Source: Lytechinus pictus
Taxonomy: Eukaryota
Direction: 5' to 3'
Assembly (NCBI RefSeq): GCF_037042905.1
Contig: NC_087252.1
Span: forward strand, 7,194,001-7,258,000
Length of the DNA stretch: 64,000 nucleotides
Shown: piece by piece, positions 51,428-64,000 of the stretch
How positions within the stretch are numbered: the stretch's first letter is position 1
Layout: each line of letters begins with the position of its first letter
Translations under genes and position numbers: made by a program
Notes under the pieces: model-generated
What the model was told of the DNA's origin: nothing
Seen by the model: the letters and a program-made list of their open reading frames with translations, nothing else
Database searches by the model: none

Positions 51428-53910
51428 TTAAAGGTCAAGTTCACCCCAGAAGAAAGATAGATTTGAATCAATAGAGAAAAATGATAGAAACATAAAACTG
51501 AAAATTTCATCAAAATCGGATGTAAAATAAGAAACTTTAATATGACATTTTAAAGTTTTATTTTTCACAAAACAGTTTATACGCACAACTCAGCAATACC
51601 AGAGATGCCAACCCTCCCGATTTCATCGGGAGGCTCCCGAAAATTCATCCCAACTCCCGCCCTTACGATTACCATCCTTATCCTCCCGAAATTACGATTT
51701 TTTTTTGCATTGATCAAATTGGATTGGAAGTACATGTATCGTCTGCTGACTTTAGCATGTAGTAACTCCATTACGTTTGCTGCTACTAAATTCTGTGTGA
51801 AAGGCAGACAAATAAGGAGCAGCGAAAAGCTGGTGCATGTGATATGCCCAACGGGAATCCATTGTGCACCAGGCCGGTAGGCCCGGCTAGCTTTGCGAGG
51901 CGTGTGCGCTCGCGGCCGCTGGATTTGTCGAGTCGTGCGATGGAATATCGGTGTGTGATTTCGGCGTATTGATGGGTTGATATTGACACGAAATGGCGGA
52001 AAATCAACAAAAAAAGACCAAGAAATGGTCTCAGAAGTATAAGACTGAATACAGTCTCCAGTACCCGTGTATTCGGAAAGAGGAATCTACCATGCATTTT
52101 GCACAATTTGCAGCGTGGACATTAAACTTTAAAGTTGAGCACGGAGGTCGTGATGATATTCGGAAGCACGTAGGGAGCAAACGGCATACGGACATTGCGA
52201 AGACGAGATCTTCGAGCTCCACTAGTATAGTCACGTATTGTATTACCGGACACTATTATGATTCCGGACGCGCATATTACTGCGTTCGAAAACAATTTCG
52301 TACCGTAAGACTTCCGCAATTCAATTTCACAGAGCAATACATAGAACAAGATTGCAAAAACAAGGCGAAAAAATCCAACTTTTACCTTATTTATCTCTTA
52401 AATGACAGAAAATGCTTAAAATAATATAACATATAGTTTTGCATTGACGATTGATATAATTTACTTTCTAACGGAAATATGGACCTGATTTTCCGAATTT
52501 CAGTCTCAATCTCGTCCACTCCTTCGATCGAATGATGAGGTGTGGTGTATTGTGGGTGATCGTCGACGGCTAGTTCTCAAGGTACCCGTGCGCGAGGTTT
52601 ACCGTGAGTAGAGCCGTCGATCGGCAGCGCATCGATAGAACTTGAAGAGCGTCACGATACGAACGCGAGCATATTATTATTGGAAAGTGCTATGGAACAT
52701 GCAGCTAACGAGAAAAAATAAAATAAGTTATCAAACACGAATTTATTACCAACATCTGCTCAAATTCGATATACAAAAGCAAATAAAAACTTAGAATTTA
52801 CTCATGATATAAGAAGAAAAAAATCACACAATTTGTTCTTACATCTGATCATTATAATCAAGGATATCTTTACCCGTCCGGCGCGCGTCCGGAATCATGA
52901 TATAAATTGTCGCGCACGAAAATAATTGTTTTTCGTGGAGGGGTATGCGGCAAGTGCGATGCAAAGAAAATGGTTGGTAAATATAAAATAATTTTATCAT
53001 ATTCATAATTTTCATAATATTTGGAATAGCAAGTGTGAAATTTTCTTGATTGTATTTCCTCTAGTTGTCATTTTTAAAGCACTGAAATAAAGGTGTCCGG
53101 CAATAGGATACACTGCCATACCCTGTTGACTTATTTCACCAAGCAAGGGACCAGCGAGGAGGAAGACGTTACCCGCGCTTTAATAATAATAAAGAGGATA
53201 ATTCCTCATTATTATAGTTGAACAGGTACTTTTCTTCTATTGTCCCCTCATTTTTTTTACATGTAAAAATGCATATTTGATATTTTTATTTTTATGTCAA
53301 AAAAGTGGGAACAATGTTTTTTTTAAAACATGTGAAATGCTCCAAAATAAGGGTCAGATTGCACCAGAGAGCATCTAGAAACCCAGAGCTTCCAGGGCCC
53401 TAAGGCGGGCCCTCGACCCCGGCCGCAAGGGACGAGCGCTATGCGCTCGAGATGTGCGCTACGCGCACATAATTTGGTGTCGGTTGCAAATCCTCCCTAA
53501 TTCTGATTTCCAAAAGTTGGCATCTCTGCAATACCATGATATGCAAATGAGAGAATTGATGATGTCCCTCACTCACTATTTTGTTTTTTATTGTTTAAGT
53601 TATACAATAATTCAATTTTTACAGATTTAATTTGAGGACCCTCTTGTTTGAAAAACAGGATGTGAAAATTCTGGTAATTCCACATGTTTGTTTCACATGA
53701 CAATGAGGAGAAAATTACAATCATAGTGTAGTGAAATACAAAGAAATAATGAATAGTATCTGTGTGTTTTAAATTGAGCAAAACTTTGAAATATCATTTG
53801 AAACTTTCTTATTTTCTTTCTGATTTTGATGAAATTTTCAGTGTTATGCTTGTTTGATATTTCACTTTTTATCCAAACCAACTTTTTGTTGGGGTGGACT
53901 TGTCCTTTAA
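51428..53910. mobile_element. Kolobok-type MITE, copy 4, split by a hAT element
   Basis: Matches 4110-4711 on both sides of the 51600-53528 insertion. Confidence 0.8.
51600..53528 (+). mobile_element. Internally deleted hAT-like element with 6-bp TSD and zinc-finger remnant
   Basis: TIR CAGAGATGCCAAC / GTTGGCATCTCTG, TSD CAATAC. ORF from 51993 reads QKYKTEY..(FCTIC in shifted frame)..HGGRDDIRKHVGSKRH. Confidence 0.85.
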
Positions 53911-54019
53911 GTGACACTGTTACATGTATTTTATTGTACATCGGCATATAACACTAGAGAATACATCTACAAGATTGTACAATTAGCATAGTTCTTGTTT
54001 TTTTCCTGGGTGAAGATTG

Positions 54020-55065
54020 TGCATGTGTCATACAAAAGGCTTTTTTTCTAACATCCCTCTTTTATTTTTTTATTTTCTTTTTGCTCATACCATGAACAGG
54101 AACAACCACTCCTCCTACACCAACCGGTATGTCCATCAATTATTTTTCTTCAGTTCTATTGTTCATTTCATTCATTTATTTATTCTCATTATACTACAAC
54201 AAACCTTTGTGTGCATTATCGTCATTCACACAAATGGTCATCATTTACAATTAAACTTTTGTTATAAAATTATTTAGTAGATTCAGATTGATGATCATTG
54301 AAATATTTTATAAATCTATATGAATCTTTTTCCTTTGCTTTTTTTAGTCTTATATACATAATTCGTATTTTTCACATCGGTCAGATAGAAATTCCCTTTC
54401 ATTGGTTTTTCCTGTTTCTGTTGTGTCACAGTTTCCATTTTTCTTCTATTTCTTGCCTCTGTCGCCCTTTTGATAACAGACTAACTTTTAACAAAGCTTT
54501 GGCCTCCCTCATTTGCATGGATTCCTAATAATTCACTATGCATGATACACATTTATGCACTGCAAATTAGCCTGTACTGTAGAGTGTAGATGCATGCACG
54601 TACTGTATCTTCCATTGATCAGCTTTTTAACCCCTTTTCTACTACAGTCATTACAAAAGTAATGCCTTTATAGGATTTATTAATGTTGTAAGAACAGGCT
54701 TCAGAATTTTCCCTGTTCCCATGTCTGCCTAACGTAGCAGTGCATGCAGAGAAGTGGGAACTCCAACTTCTAAATACCTGTGTGTACCTGTATGTGAATG
54801 ATAATTTCATCAATTTCACGGACTTGTCTTTGCAGTGGCAGTCACATCAGACATAGGCTTGCTACGATTGTACATAGATTAAAAACAAATATTTTATAAA
54901 CTATATTTTCTGCGTAGATCCGTTCTTTCAATATTTAGAAGTAAGGAGTAAAACATTATCTATTGATAATAAATTGCTTTTCTTTCTATTGCAGATAGCT
55001 AAATTGCATGAAAAATGAGATATTAAAACTCAAAGACATCATTTCATCTTGTAACTTTATGCATG
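54020..55065 (+). promoter_or_regulatory. Cluster of TGCATG (Rbfox-type) intronic splicing elements
   Basis: TGCATG at 54020, 54514, 54539, 54591, 54741, 55005 and 55060, flanking the 27-nt exon. Confidence 0.55.
54100..54126 (+). CDS. IgSF gene, 27-nt stalk microexon (RTTTPPTPT)
   Basis: Long pyrimidine tract then catgaacag|, donor G|gtatgt. Frame-preserving, phase 1-1, Thr/Pro-rich. Confidence 0.75.
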
Positions 55066-55620
55066 ATAGATTGTTAAGAAGTAAATCTGAAAGTATATAC
55101 CTAAATTAATGATAGACCTGTTCTTCTTTCATTCTGATGTTGTATTACATGTATGCACAGTTTAAGTTTTTCTTATGTCTGTCATTATGAACATACGTTC
55201 ATTCTTGAATAATCACACCATATTCATACAGATTTATATTATTGTACAATGTATGTTAGGATTAATCGTAATAGCCTCAAACATGTACATATACACATAT
55301 GTTTATAGATTAAACTTAATATTGCTCTGAATTATTAAGGCTTTCAAATTGTTTAATAGTTGTATTGAGAGCTATGCTTCCTTTAAACAGCAGTTGGAAA
55401 TTAATTGGAAATCATATTTAAATGCCTTAAAAACATGCAAGGGTTTTCTAGGTCTTTTGAGACTATCATGCAATAATAGTGCTTATTATTTTTATTTTCC
55501 ATAATTGATACAATATTGGATTTATGTTATTTATATTTTTTAGAATTCATGTATACATGTATCTCATCCATATATGGTATGGAAATTCTAACACCTTTAT
55601 ATATGTTCTAACAATACCAG

Positions 55621-55659
55621 CCCCAATCACAACAGAAGGAACAACCACAAATACTACAG
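55621..55659 (+). CDS. IgSF gene, 39-nt stalk exon (APITTEGTTTNTT)
   Basis: Acceptor ttctaacaataccag| with CTAAC branch-point-like motif, donor G|gtgagg. Phase 1-1, Thr-rich. Confidence 0.75.
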
Positions 55660-58455
55660 GTGAGGGGAGTTTTATGTTTCAAAATGTTGGAATTAAGTTA
55701 ACTTTAAATAGTTTTAAATTCAAATTTTAATATTTATTGAAAATTCGATATCTATTATTTCAAAGAACAAAGAATTTCGTTGAGTTACTTTTTTCAATTT
55801 AGATATAATTTCTCATTCTAAATGATGTTTTTGATCAGGGTCTAAATTCTTTATTCATACTTTATGCATTTGATATATTTGATAGGTACAATATATTTAG
55901 ATTCTTCTGTTATAAAGTGTTACTTTTATTTGTTTTAAGGTATTTTTCAGTGTTTACTTGCATTTTTGTGCTAAATTATAGTCTTATTTCAAATTCAATA
56001 GTCCAATAAAAATCAGCCAAATTATGGTATAAATTTAATTATTAATTTCCCATATTTTTTAAAATAAAAGTTTTAAGAATGTATCTTTCGGATCCAACAT
56101 GTAGGCCTATAACAGTTTAGTAGTAGATGCCAATCTTTCCATTTCAAAAGTGTATTGAAAGTAGGAAAGAAAAGGCCTGAAATTATCAATCAAAGTTAAA
56201 TAATTCTAACAAAGGTTTTGAGCATGATAGCTAGAGCCACAATGCCCTTTATATACATGTACCTCATTAATAATAACACTGCATGAGTACTTGATGTATT
56301 AACAGTTTAGCTTTCATATTAATTGTTTTTAATAATATTAACTTCAGTTGGCAATTAGACTGACATTTTGATTGCACAAATTAGTGTAATAACTACCGTT
56401 ACTTGAATGCATTTGCACTGCTATTAATTTGTATCTTAATGAGTATGATATACTTGGGGAGATGCTTTCACAAACGAATGTAAACTACTTTCATTGCAAA
56501 CAATCATTTTATTTTTGACGACTTGATTATGTGATTCCTGTAGACTTTAAAACACCTGGTTCAAGTAGGAGATAGTTAAAATGGGGACTGTCCCCAAGCA
56601 AGGAGGTCGAGTCCACATTGGTGGTCATCTGTAATATAGATCTTTGATACAATGGAGTCTTTTGCATACATGTATACCTTGGGTTAGACTTACATGTATA
56701 GGCCCACTTTTTTGGCAAAACTGAATGAAAAAGAAATGTAAAGTTAAATTAGGATGGAAAATTGGATTGTTTGGAGGTGCTCTGTGATCATGAGTCTGTG
56801 ACCTGAAACATCTGTCATGTCATCGACATTTTGTAGTGTTTTTCCATTAATGTTTTAGAAGTCATATCAGACACTTTTAGCTCTAAAACCATGTGAGGTC
56901 GAGGAAAGCAGAATAATCTACACGTTTTGGACTGCTATTGATTTTGAGATTTTCATAGGTTTAGACCCCCAGATTCTTTTGATTCAGTTGACTTTCTGGT
57001 TCCTTGATTGATTCTGTTTCAGTTTCTTCAAGTTTCTACCTGATGTAATACCCCGATGTCTACATACAACGTGTATTGGTTCAATATTTTGACAGTCATT
57101 TCCTTGTTTCCTTATATGTACATACATGTATACCGTTTACCACCTACAGTGTGTCTACCACATTGATTAGAATGACAATAGAAGCATGGATACCTTGATA
57201 CAAAGGTCATTACCACAACAAACCAGACATTATTGATCTATTGACGAGGGAAGTTTGGTGCCACCCTATCACAGCTGCTGTTGCCCCCCCCCCCCCCAAT
57301 CTGTAGGCACTGATCCTGATTGAAACTATGATCGACAAGTGGGTCTTCACAGACAAGCCTATATAAAGCTTGCTGATCAAAAGGCGCTTCTTAATACTGT
57401 ACACAAGTCATTGGTAGGCTACATATTCGGACCAATTTCCTTGAGTTAAGGGTTTGCATAGCAGATTATCCCCCCCCCCCTCCCGCATCACATAAAGACA
57501 TATATATACTCGAACTCAAACTCTGAGTGTGACATTGGTCATGTGATATATTTGTTTTGCTATTGTCTTTTTAGGTTCTGCAGAATCAAATTTTGTATAC
57601 TAGGCCTATGGATGCTTTCAGACCTGTGCAATCACAGAAGCATAGGTTTTTTCTGTGATTAGACTCATACTTAATAGAAACTTCCAGTTTTTTTTAAACA
57701 GCGTGAATAGAAGTACTCTGGTTGTATTAATATTGCCACCATTGTTAGTTTAGTTTCCAAATTACACTATTGAACTTTGCAGGGATTTTTCCAATACATG
57801 TATTTTTAGGATATTTCCGGCAAATTACATATGACATACAAGGCAATGAGAATACATGTACTGTACATCTTTGACTATATGTGGATGTCATTGTGCAGGC
57901 CAAATGGAAAGCTTAACGGGGGGGGGGGGGGGGGGAGCTCAGATTTGTGTGAATATGGGAAATAAATTGACAGAGTTTTTTAAAGTCCTATCAAACAAGT
58001 TCTTGGAATTTGATGTTAATATTTTTCATATCGGGCATCTGTGAGTACTACACTACAAATGCATTATTTGATTTTAACCTCTTTTGAGGCAACTGGGTTG
58101 GCTGACATTAGTATGAGATATAATCGTAGGTATACAAAGAGAGAGGAGAAGGAGGAGAGAAGTGATAATGATCTATGTAATATATGCTTGATTGTTATTT
58201 CAAAGAAAAATGCGAATAGAATAGTGATGTAAATGTGTGGTGCATTAATTAATTTCCATTTTGCTAATTACCTCTTTGTTGAGTTTTCAGTTCAAAATTC
58301 AACAGACATTTCACGTTCTTTAACAGGTTCTGTAATTTCTGGCTGACTAATAATATCCTCAACACCTAATCTTTTATTCACTTCCCAATTGCAGCTCAAA
58401 TTCATTCAAAACCTTTTCCTTCTGTAGCATTGGTGTCGAATGAACCCTTTACTTA

Positions 58456-58672
58456 CACTGCAAAAGCCATGGTGTTAACACTACATCACTGGTATTCACA
58501 GAGAACCACACCAATGATCTACACCAGTGGTATCAAAGTTATTGTGTTAGATGGTGTCAACTCAACACCTGTATCAATTGGTGTAATTACAGCATACTTT
58601 GGTTGCTATTTGAACACTATTTGCTGTTCTGGTTTAGTGTATAAATCAACACCAGTCATGGGTTTTACAGTG
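58456..58672. mobile_element. CACTG-terminus MITE (EnSpm/CMC-like)
   Basis: TA|CACTGCAAAA...TTTTACAGTG|TA, internal ACACC/GGTGT repeats. Confidence 0.7.
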
Positions 58673-59830
58673 TAAATTAACACATTTTCCACAGGAATGG
58701 CAGCAATCTTCTCCATCTAGTATTTTTTCTGTCACCATTGATGTATATTGTATTCTGGGAAGCATTTCACGAAACAAATGGTCCATGATTTTCACTGACT
58801 ATTGTTATAAGCTACTGAAATCCTGTCTTCTGATTGGCTCATACCAAATTTTAGTGAATTTTTTTATTTATTTCATGAAACCTTCCCCTGTTTCTGTGTA
58901 TACTCTTGGATCATGCACCTACACATTCCTCCCTTTTTGTGTTCATCTCTCCTTAAACTTCTAATTTTCCCTAAATTATAATTTCTTCTTTTCAGATGAC
59001 TGAGTTTAAATACATCAATCTCTGTTAGTATTGAATAGTTTCATAAATTAGGGTTTTTAATCAACTAGGAATTGATTTGTTTTGAAGATAATTTAATTTG
59101 ATCTACAGTATCTATTCTAGTTGATTGTTTTGAATGTTGTTTATATTTTTGTTTGTTTAACATTTGTTGCTTCAATTTTAAAAATTAGTCTGCAAATATT
59201 GTGATAATGTTTTAGTTGTATTCCCTTTTACTAAAGATAATGATGTACTGTAATTATATATATCAATTTTAAATTTTTAAGTATTAAAAAAAATTACCTG
59301 TGAATTTTTTTAATGAATTTCAAATACCCTGGGGAAGTTGGAATTTTACACAATTTGAAGATGTTGAAAATATAATTTATTGTAAAATGTACTTTGTGCT
59401 TATCATCATGATTATTCTCTCAAGTGATATTATTTAGCATTTACATAATCTGGGTTGACAATAAGTTATGGGTGAGGAATTAGAACTATATGTTTTCTGT
59501 TATTACCTTTATTTGAAAAAAATGATTAATTTATTTAATAATAGACTAAGTTTCGGAAAAAGTTTTATTTTATAAATATAAACTGAAATGCAATAGTTTT
59601 GCAACACCAAGTTCCACTTCCACATGCATTTGAACGCCTAAAAATTAGATTATGTATAAATTTTACAAGTATGAAGATGAAATATGATATGAATTCATAA
59701 ACTTAGTTTAAGTTTTGTTAGACTTTGTGTAAGTTTTTACTGAAAATGCAGTGTTCTAATAACATGTGTCGCCCAAGTTTACTTGACATGAATGTTGGAA
59801 TCCCCTGATGTTTATTTCGTGACTAAACAG

Positions 59831-59881
59831 CTCCGGATACTACTGTGCCTGTAGTTGGCCCAACCTCACCTCTCGGGACCG
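59831..59881 (+). CDS. IgSF gene, 51-nt stalk exon (APDTTVPVVGPTSPLGT)
   Basis: Acceptor gactaaacag|, donor G|gtatgt. Phase 1-1, Pro/Thr-rich, locally higher GC than the flanks. Confidence 0.72.
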
Positions 59882-60106
59882 GTATGTGGATCTTTATCTT
59901 CAATCATTGTTTTATCCTTAATCTTTCTAGTTTTGGTGTGCTTTTCTAACAATCTTCTAAACTATTCCTCTGCTTTATTGCTAATGATTGTTCATTGAAT
60001 TGGTTTGTACTCACAAGAGGTACACTATCATTGGTCGAGATAAAAAAAAATCCCAAACATACATGTATGATCTAGTGAAAAAGTACCCGGTAATAAAACA
60101 AATAGC

Positions 60107-60304
60107 ATGTTGTTTAAGCCTGTCACTCTAACACCAAGTTGTTTAAACTTTTTGTGATTGTTTAAACTTTTTAAACAACTTGTTCAAAAAGTTTAAACAG
60201 TTGTTTAAAAAGTTTAAACTGTTGTTTGAAAATCAAAACAGCAGTTGTTAGAGTTACAGGCTTTAAACAACATGCTTAGAATTTTAAACAGCATTTTTAC
60301 AGTG
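60107..60304. mobile_element. Fold-back MITE remnant with GTTTAAAC repeats
   Basis: agcatgttgtttaa..ctctaaca is inverted against tgttagag..ttaaacaacatgct. Right end ttttacagtg|ta. Confidence 0.6.
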
Positions 60305-62186
60305 TACATGTATCAGGAAATTAAGGAATATTTTAGTTTTTTGACAAAAAAGTTTTTTCTCTACTTTGTTAACAAAATTGTTGCTGGGCAAGTGTCATGG
60401 GCCATAAGTGTATTATTAGGAGTACATTGTGAAGTCTAAACTATTATTGTGAATTAAAAGTTTTGAATGACATTGGGATTTCAAAAATTGCAAAATCTTT
60501 GAAATCCCTGAGCTACCCTTTTGATCATTTCTGGTTAAGACTTACAATGGCAAAATCAAACTACCGCCCCCCTCCCCCCCCCAAAAAAAAAAAAACCCTT
60601 AGAGGAGAATTAAAACAGTGTTCTAGATTTTTGTAATGTTCTTGCTATATCGTTGCAATGATCAGAATTCTTGAGTACCTCAAAAATTTTTAAGAATTTG
60701 CTCTTTCAAAAGTAAGAGCATCATCATGACTGCTCAATGCTTGATCGAATCCTTCACTGATTTATTGATTACCGTATTTTGATTATTTTGTAATCATGTT
60801 TGTGCAGGATTAAATCAGTCAAGAGAAATTAAATATTGTAAAAGGTGGTCCTATCTCGGACTGTTTTTGTGAATACAAACCAATTAATGTTTTTGTCACA
60901 AAGTTTGAAATCCTAGCCTTTGTTTCAGCCAAAATAAAAAGATTTATTCTCCTTAATCCCAAAATATATTGGAAAGACGGTTCAATCATATAAATATTGT
61001 TGAAAGAATATATTACTATGAAATAATGTTGGGTACTGTAATGGATAGTCATGCATTAGTGATACATTTATTCTAATTTTTGTAACAAAACTCGATGATT
61101 ATTTACCTGAAAGCAAGGCTAGGATAAAAGTTGAACATCTCACTCCCTCACAGCTTTACTAATAATGATTTTTTTTTCAATTCACAGAAAGCTATTTCTT
61201 TGACAGGAAATGTAAACTTTCTTATATATCCTCTTTTTTTCTGGTAGACAGCATACACCTTGGAATATTAACATGTTCTTTTGAATTTCATTCTTTATGT
61301 TCTTAGTAGGCCTCCTGTAGAAATACGATGTTTACTCAGCAATGACTTTTCTTGTTTATTATATCTTTCCATCTTGCTACAGCTGACAGAAATTTATAGA
61401 TAATTGAGCAATTTTTGATGATTTTGAGGGCACCTTCAGGTATAAAAATCCTCGTGGAAATTTCAAGCATGCCACTATCTAGTCACTAGTTAGCGGCTTG
61501 CTAGTGACTAGCGTATGGCTAGCTAGCAGATAGCTTAATGATTTCGCGAAAACTTTGACTTTTCCAATACCAATATAGAGGGCAGTGACAAGAAAATGAA
61601 ACATATTTTAGTCAGACTTTCTCAGTTCAATTTTTGTCTCGCCTGCTTACAAGAGCTAAAATATAGATGCCGCTTTTGCTAAGTCTCTAAGAGTAGCTGT
61701 CGCAGCAACGGCAGCTGATGTTAAACCAAAGTGAAACTTCCTCCGATGGATGGAAGTTGTTTTGTTTTTTTCGAAATACTAATGTTGGTCGATTATCTAA
61801 CTTTTGTGTCTTTTTGTATTTCATTCACATTAATGCTTTTCCATTTCTTCCCTATTTATCACCCTTGAGATGCTTAATGTTTCTTTAACATTAACCTTGA
61901 TGCTTCTTCATCTTTTCTTGAATTTCCCTGAACAAATCTCTCTTATTCTCTAATTAGCAGAAGTTGTGATCATTTTATTGTTAGATTAGTGTAACCTTTG
62001 ACCTGAGTGGCATTGTCAGGGTAACTATGTCACTGTTGAGTGTGAAAGTTCGGACTAAATAATGTCTCAAATGAATGTAGATTAGCAATTTTTTTGTTGT
62101 TAGGCTTGAATACTAGTATAAGATTGATAAAATTTGAATTTCAATATGTATCTGTCCCCCAAAATATCAATCTGACAAACACTAGG

Positions 62187-62399
62187 CAAGGCTCCACACT
62201 AACTTTTTTCCTTGGTGGCCCGATCGGTCCACAACAATCATCAATTTTATATTTTTGGTGGCCCGCAAAGCAAATTTGCTGGCCCTAAAACAATAGAACA
62301 CATTACAATTTAGTAAAACTAAGTGTAGGCTTTCACAGAATATTGGTGGCCCAACTCTCAATTTAGTTTGCTCTGGGCCACTGCTAATGTTGAGCCCTG
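62187..62399. mobile_element. Small hAT-like MITE
   Basis: CA(A/G)GGCTC..CA.TA / TAATGTTGAGCCCTG ends, flanks cactagg / cactggg, TGGCCC repeats. Confidence 0.6.
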
Positions 62400-63274
62400 C
62401 ACTGGGCCTATAAGGTAGCTGCATCTTCTAGACAGTAAAGGGCAACGCATAGGCCCATAGGCCTATATTGCTAGGTCTACCACAATATAAAAATCATATA
62501 GTTTGGTTCATTGTGAATCAAATAATTGGACTGTCACACTATTGTACACAGTCAATATTGACAGGATTTGTAAGTTGAGGAAAACAAAATTTCAAGGACA
62601 TTTCCTGAAGTCGAGTTGAATAGTGTTTAGTTGATTTCCTTTATTCCTTTACCCCTGTTTAGCACTGCAGTTCAGTTCTTTGATGTAAATTGATACTTGC
62701 GTTTTCTTGTTTAGAATTTACATATTTTGTGGTTAACATTTCATTGTCTTTTACATTGCACAGTTGCAGAGTTGCTGTAAATTTTGTTCACTTTGATTAA
62801 CTGTTTTACCCCCTCCCCCTTTTGGGGAAGGGGCAGAGACATGATGATTTTTGTACTTGTAGTTGTAGCATACCTAAGCTTTATTTCAATACAGCTCATA
62901 TTGATAGTTGGGTGTATTGTTTTTGTGTATAAACACAATCTTTCTAATATGCTGAAAATATTTGATTTAAACAAATCAATAGGTTAATAAATCTGTGGTA
63001 CAGATCTTTGAAAATAAAAATGAAATAAGGCTGAATCACTAGATAAACAATGGTTCTCACAATCGGACCCAAGTCATATTACAAATTTGAGGCTTGCTTT
63101 AGACCTATATTTTCATTTCTTTGAGAGACATGTGCAGTGAGCTGAAACAGTCTGGCCTTTGTTCATTGTATGCTGGAAATTAGACCAGAAGAATAATTGT
63201 CAAAAGCATAAAAAAGAATGAAATGACAATGGTGATCATAAAATAGAATGTAAAAATTCTATTTGTGCCATGTA

Positions 63275-63516
63275 CACTGCAAAGACTCCAGTGTTGATTT
63301 AACACCAGCCCAGAATCTATGTCCACACCAGAGAAGTATTAAAACAACACCAGTTTGGAATGAAACCGATCGATGCTGTTCCGATACTAATTAGTGTTGT
63401 ATAAACACCTTTCTGGTGTTAGACCAAAATGAAACTGGTGTTGTTTAACACTTCTCCGGTGTGGACATATATAGATTCCGGCCTGGTGTTAAATCAACAC
63501 CTGAGTTTTTGCAGTG
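63275..63516. mobile_element. CACTG-terminus fold-back MITE
   Basis: TA|CACTGCAAA..GTGTTGATTTAACACCAG / CTGGTGTTAAATCAACAC..TTTGCAGTG|TA. Confidence 0.8.
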
Positions 63517-63959
63517 TATAGAGAGTAGGTTCTGTAGCACACACACAAAATTGTTCAGTCCTGAAATATTTAATTCAGTAGCCTTTATCATTCTAATCTG
63601 AAATCAACTCATCAAAGTGAAATTTACAAATAAGATATTTTATAGAGCAGGCCAACATATAGGCATAGGCCTATTACAGTTGTTTAAAATGTCTTCAGAG
63701 CAGCAGCCCACCCCCTCCCTGTATAAAATTCTCTGAAGTGATATGTACATGTAAATCATAGTTTTGAGACAGCCATGGGAGACAGTGTCGCAGAACTTTG
63801 AGATTGAGGTTTATGTTGCTCAAGTAGAGAGATGATTTGTAGCTCTAGGTCAATGGTGAACTGCTATGTGGAGCTAATTAGTAAATGAAAGGTATGCAGG
63901 GATCATTAGGCTAAATCTACATTTCATATGTATTCAGTGATGACAAGTTCAAGAACACT

Positions 63960-64000
63960 AAATAATAATAATAATGGTTATTTATCTGCGCTATACACAA
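63960..64000 (-). mobile_element. Probable 3' tail of an L2/CR1-type retroelement continuing beyond the window
   Basis: Minus strand ...tatagcgcagataaataacc(att)n. Confidence 0.4.

Noticed and set aside
58430..58675. ORF preceded by an acceptor-like tgcag, as a further Ig-gene exon
   Set aside because: It is mostly a CACTG MITE, with no domain or transmembrane signature.
62784..62987. Hydrophobic ORF as the missing transmembrane exon
   Set aside because: T-rich low-complexity sequence with no convincing phase-1 acceptor/donor pair, so unsupported.

Overview
AT-rich, repeat-dense animal genomic DNA. The repeat repertoire looks sea-urchin/echinoderm-like, but that is an inference. The window contains one recognisable host gene on the + strand, which the ORF track shows only in fragments. 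It is an immunoglobulin-superfamily cell-surface protein built from a signal-peptide exon (18976-19027), three Ig-domain exons (43152-43460, 45271-45594, 47396-47668) and three short Thr/Pro-rich stalk exons (27, 39 and 51 nt). All introns are phase 1 and GT-AG; the transmembrane and C-terminal exons are not found in the window. The architecture resembles nectin/CADM proteins. The 27-nt exon has a microexon-type splice context (long pyrimidine tract, upstream TGC, downstream TGCATG cluster). Most other sequence is transposon-derived. The 24-kb intron after the signal exon is filled by two nested stacks of elements up to four levels deep: DNA elements with 4-bp target-site duplications (TSDs), Helentron-associated tandem-repeat elements (HINEs), hAT, Tc1, an L2-type LINE, a solo LTR and a tRNA-derived SINE. 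Kolobok-, piggyBac- and CACTG-type MITEs occur elsewhere. No prokaryotic-type systems such as CRISPR or operons are present.
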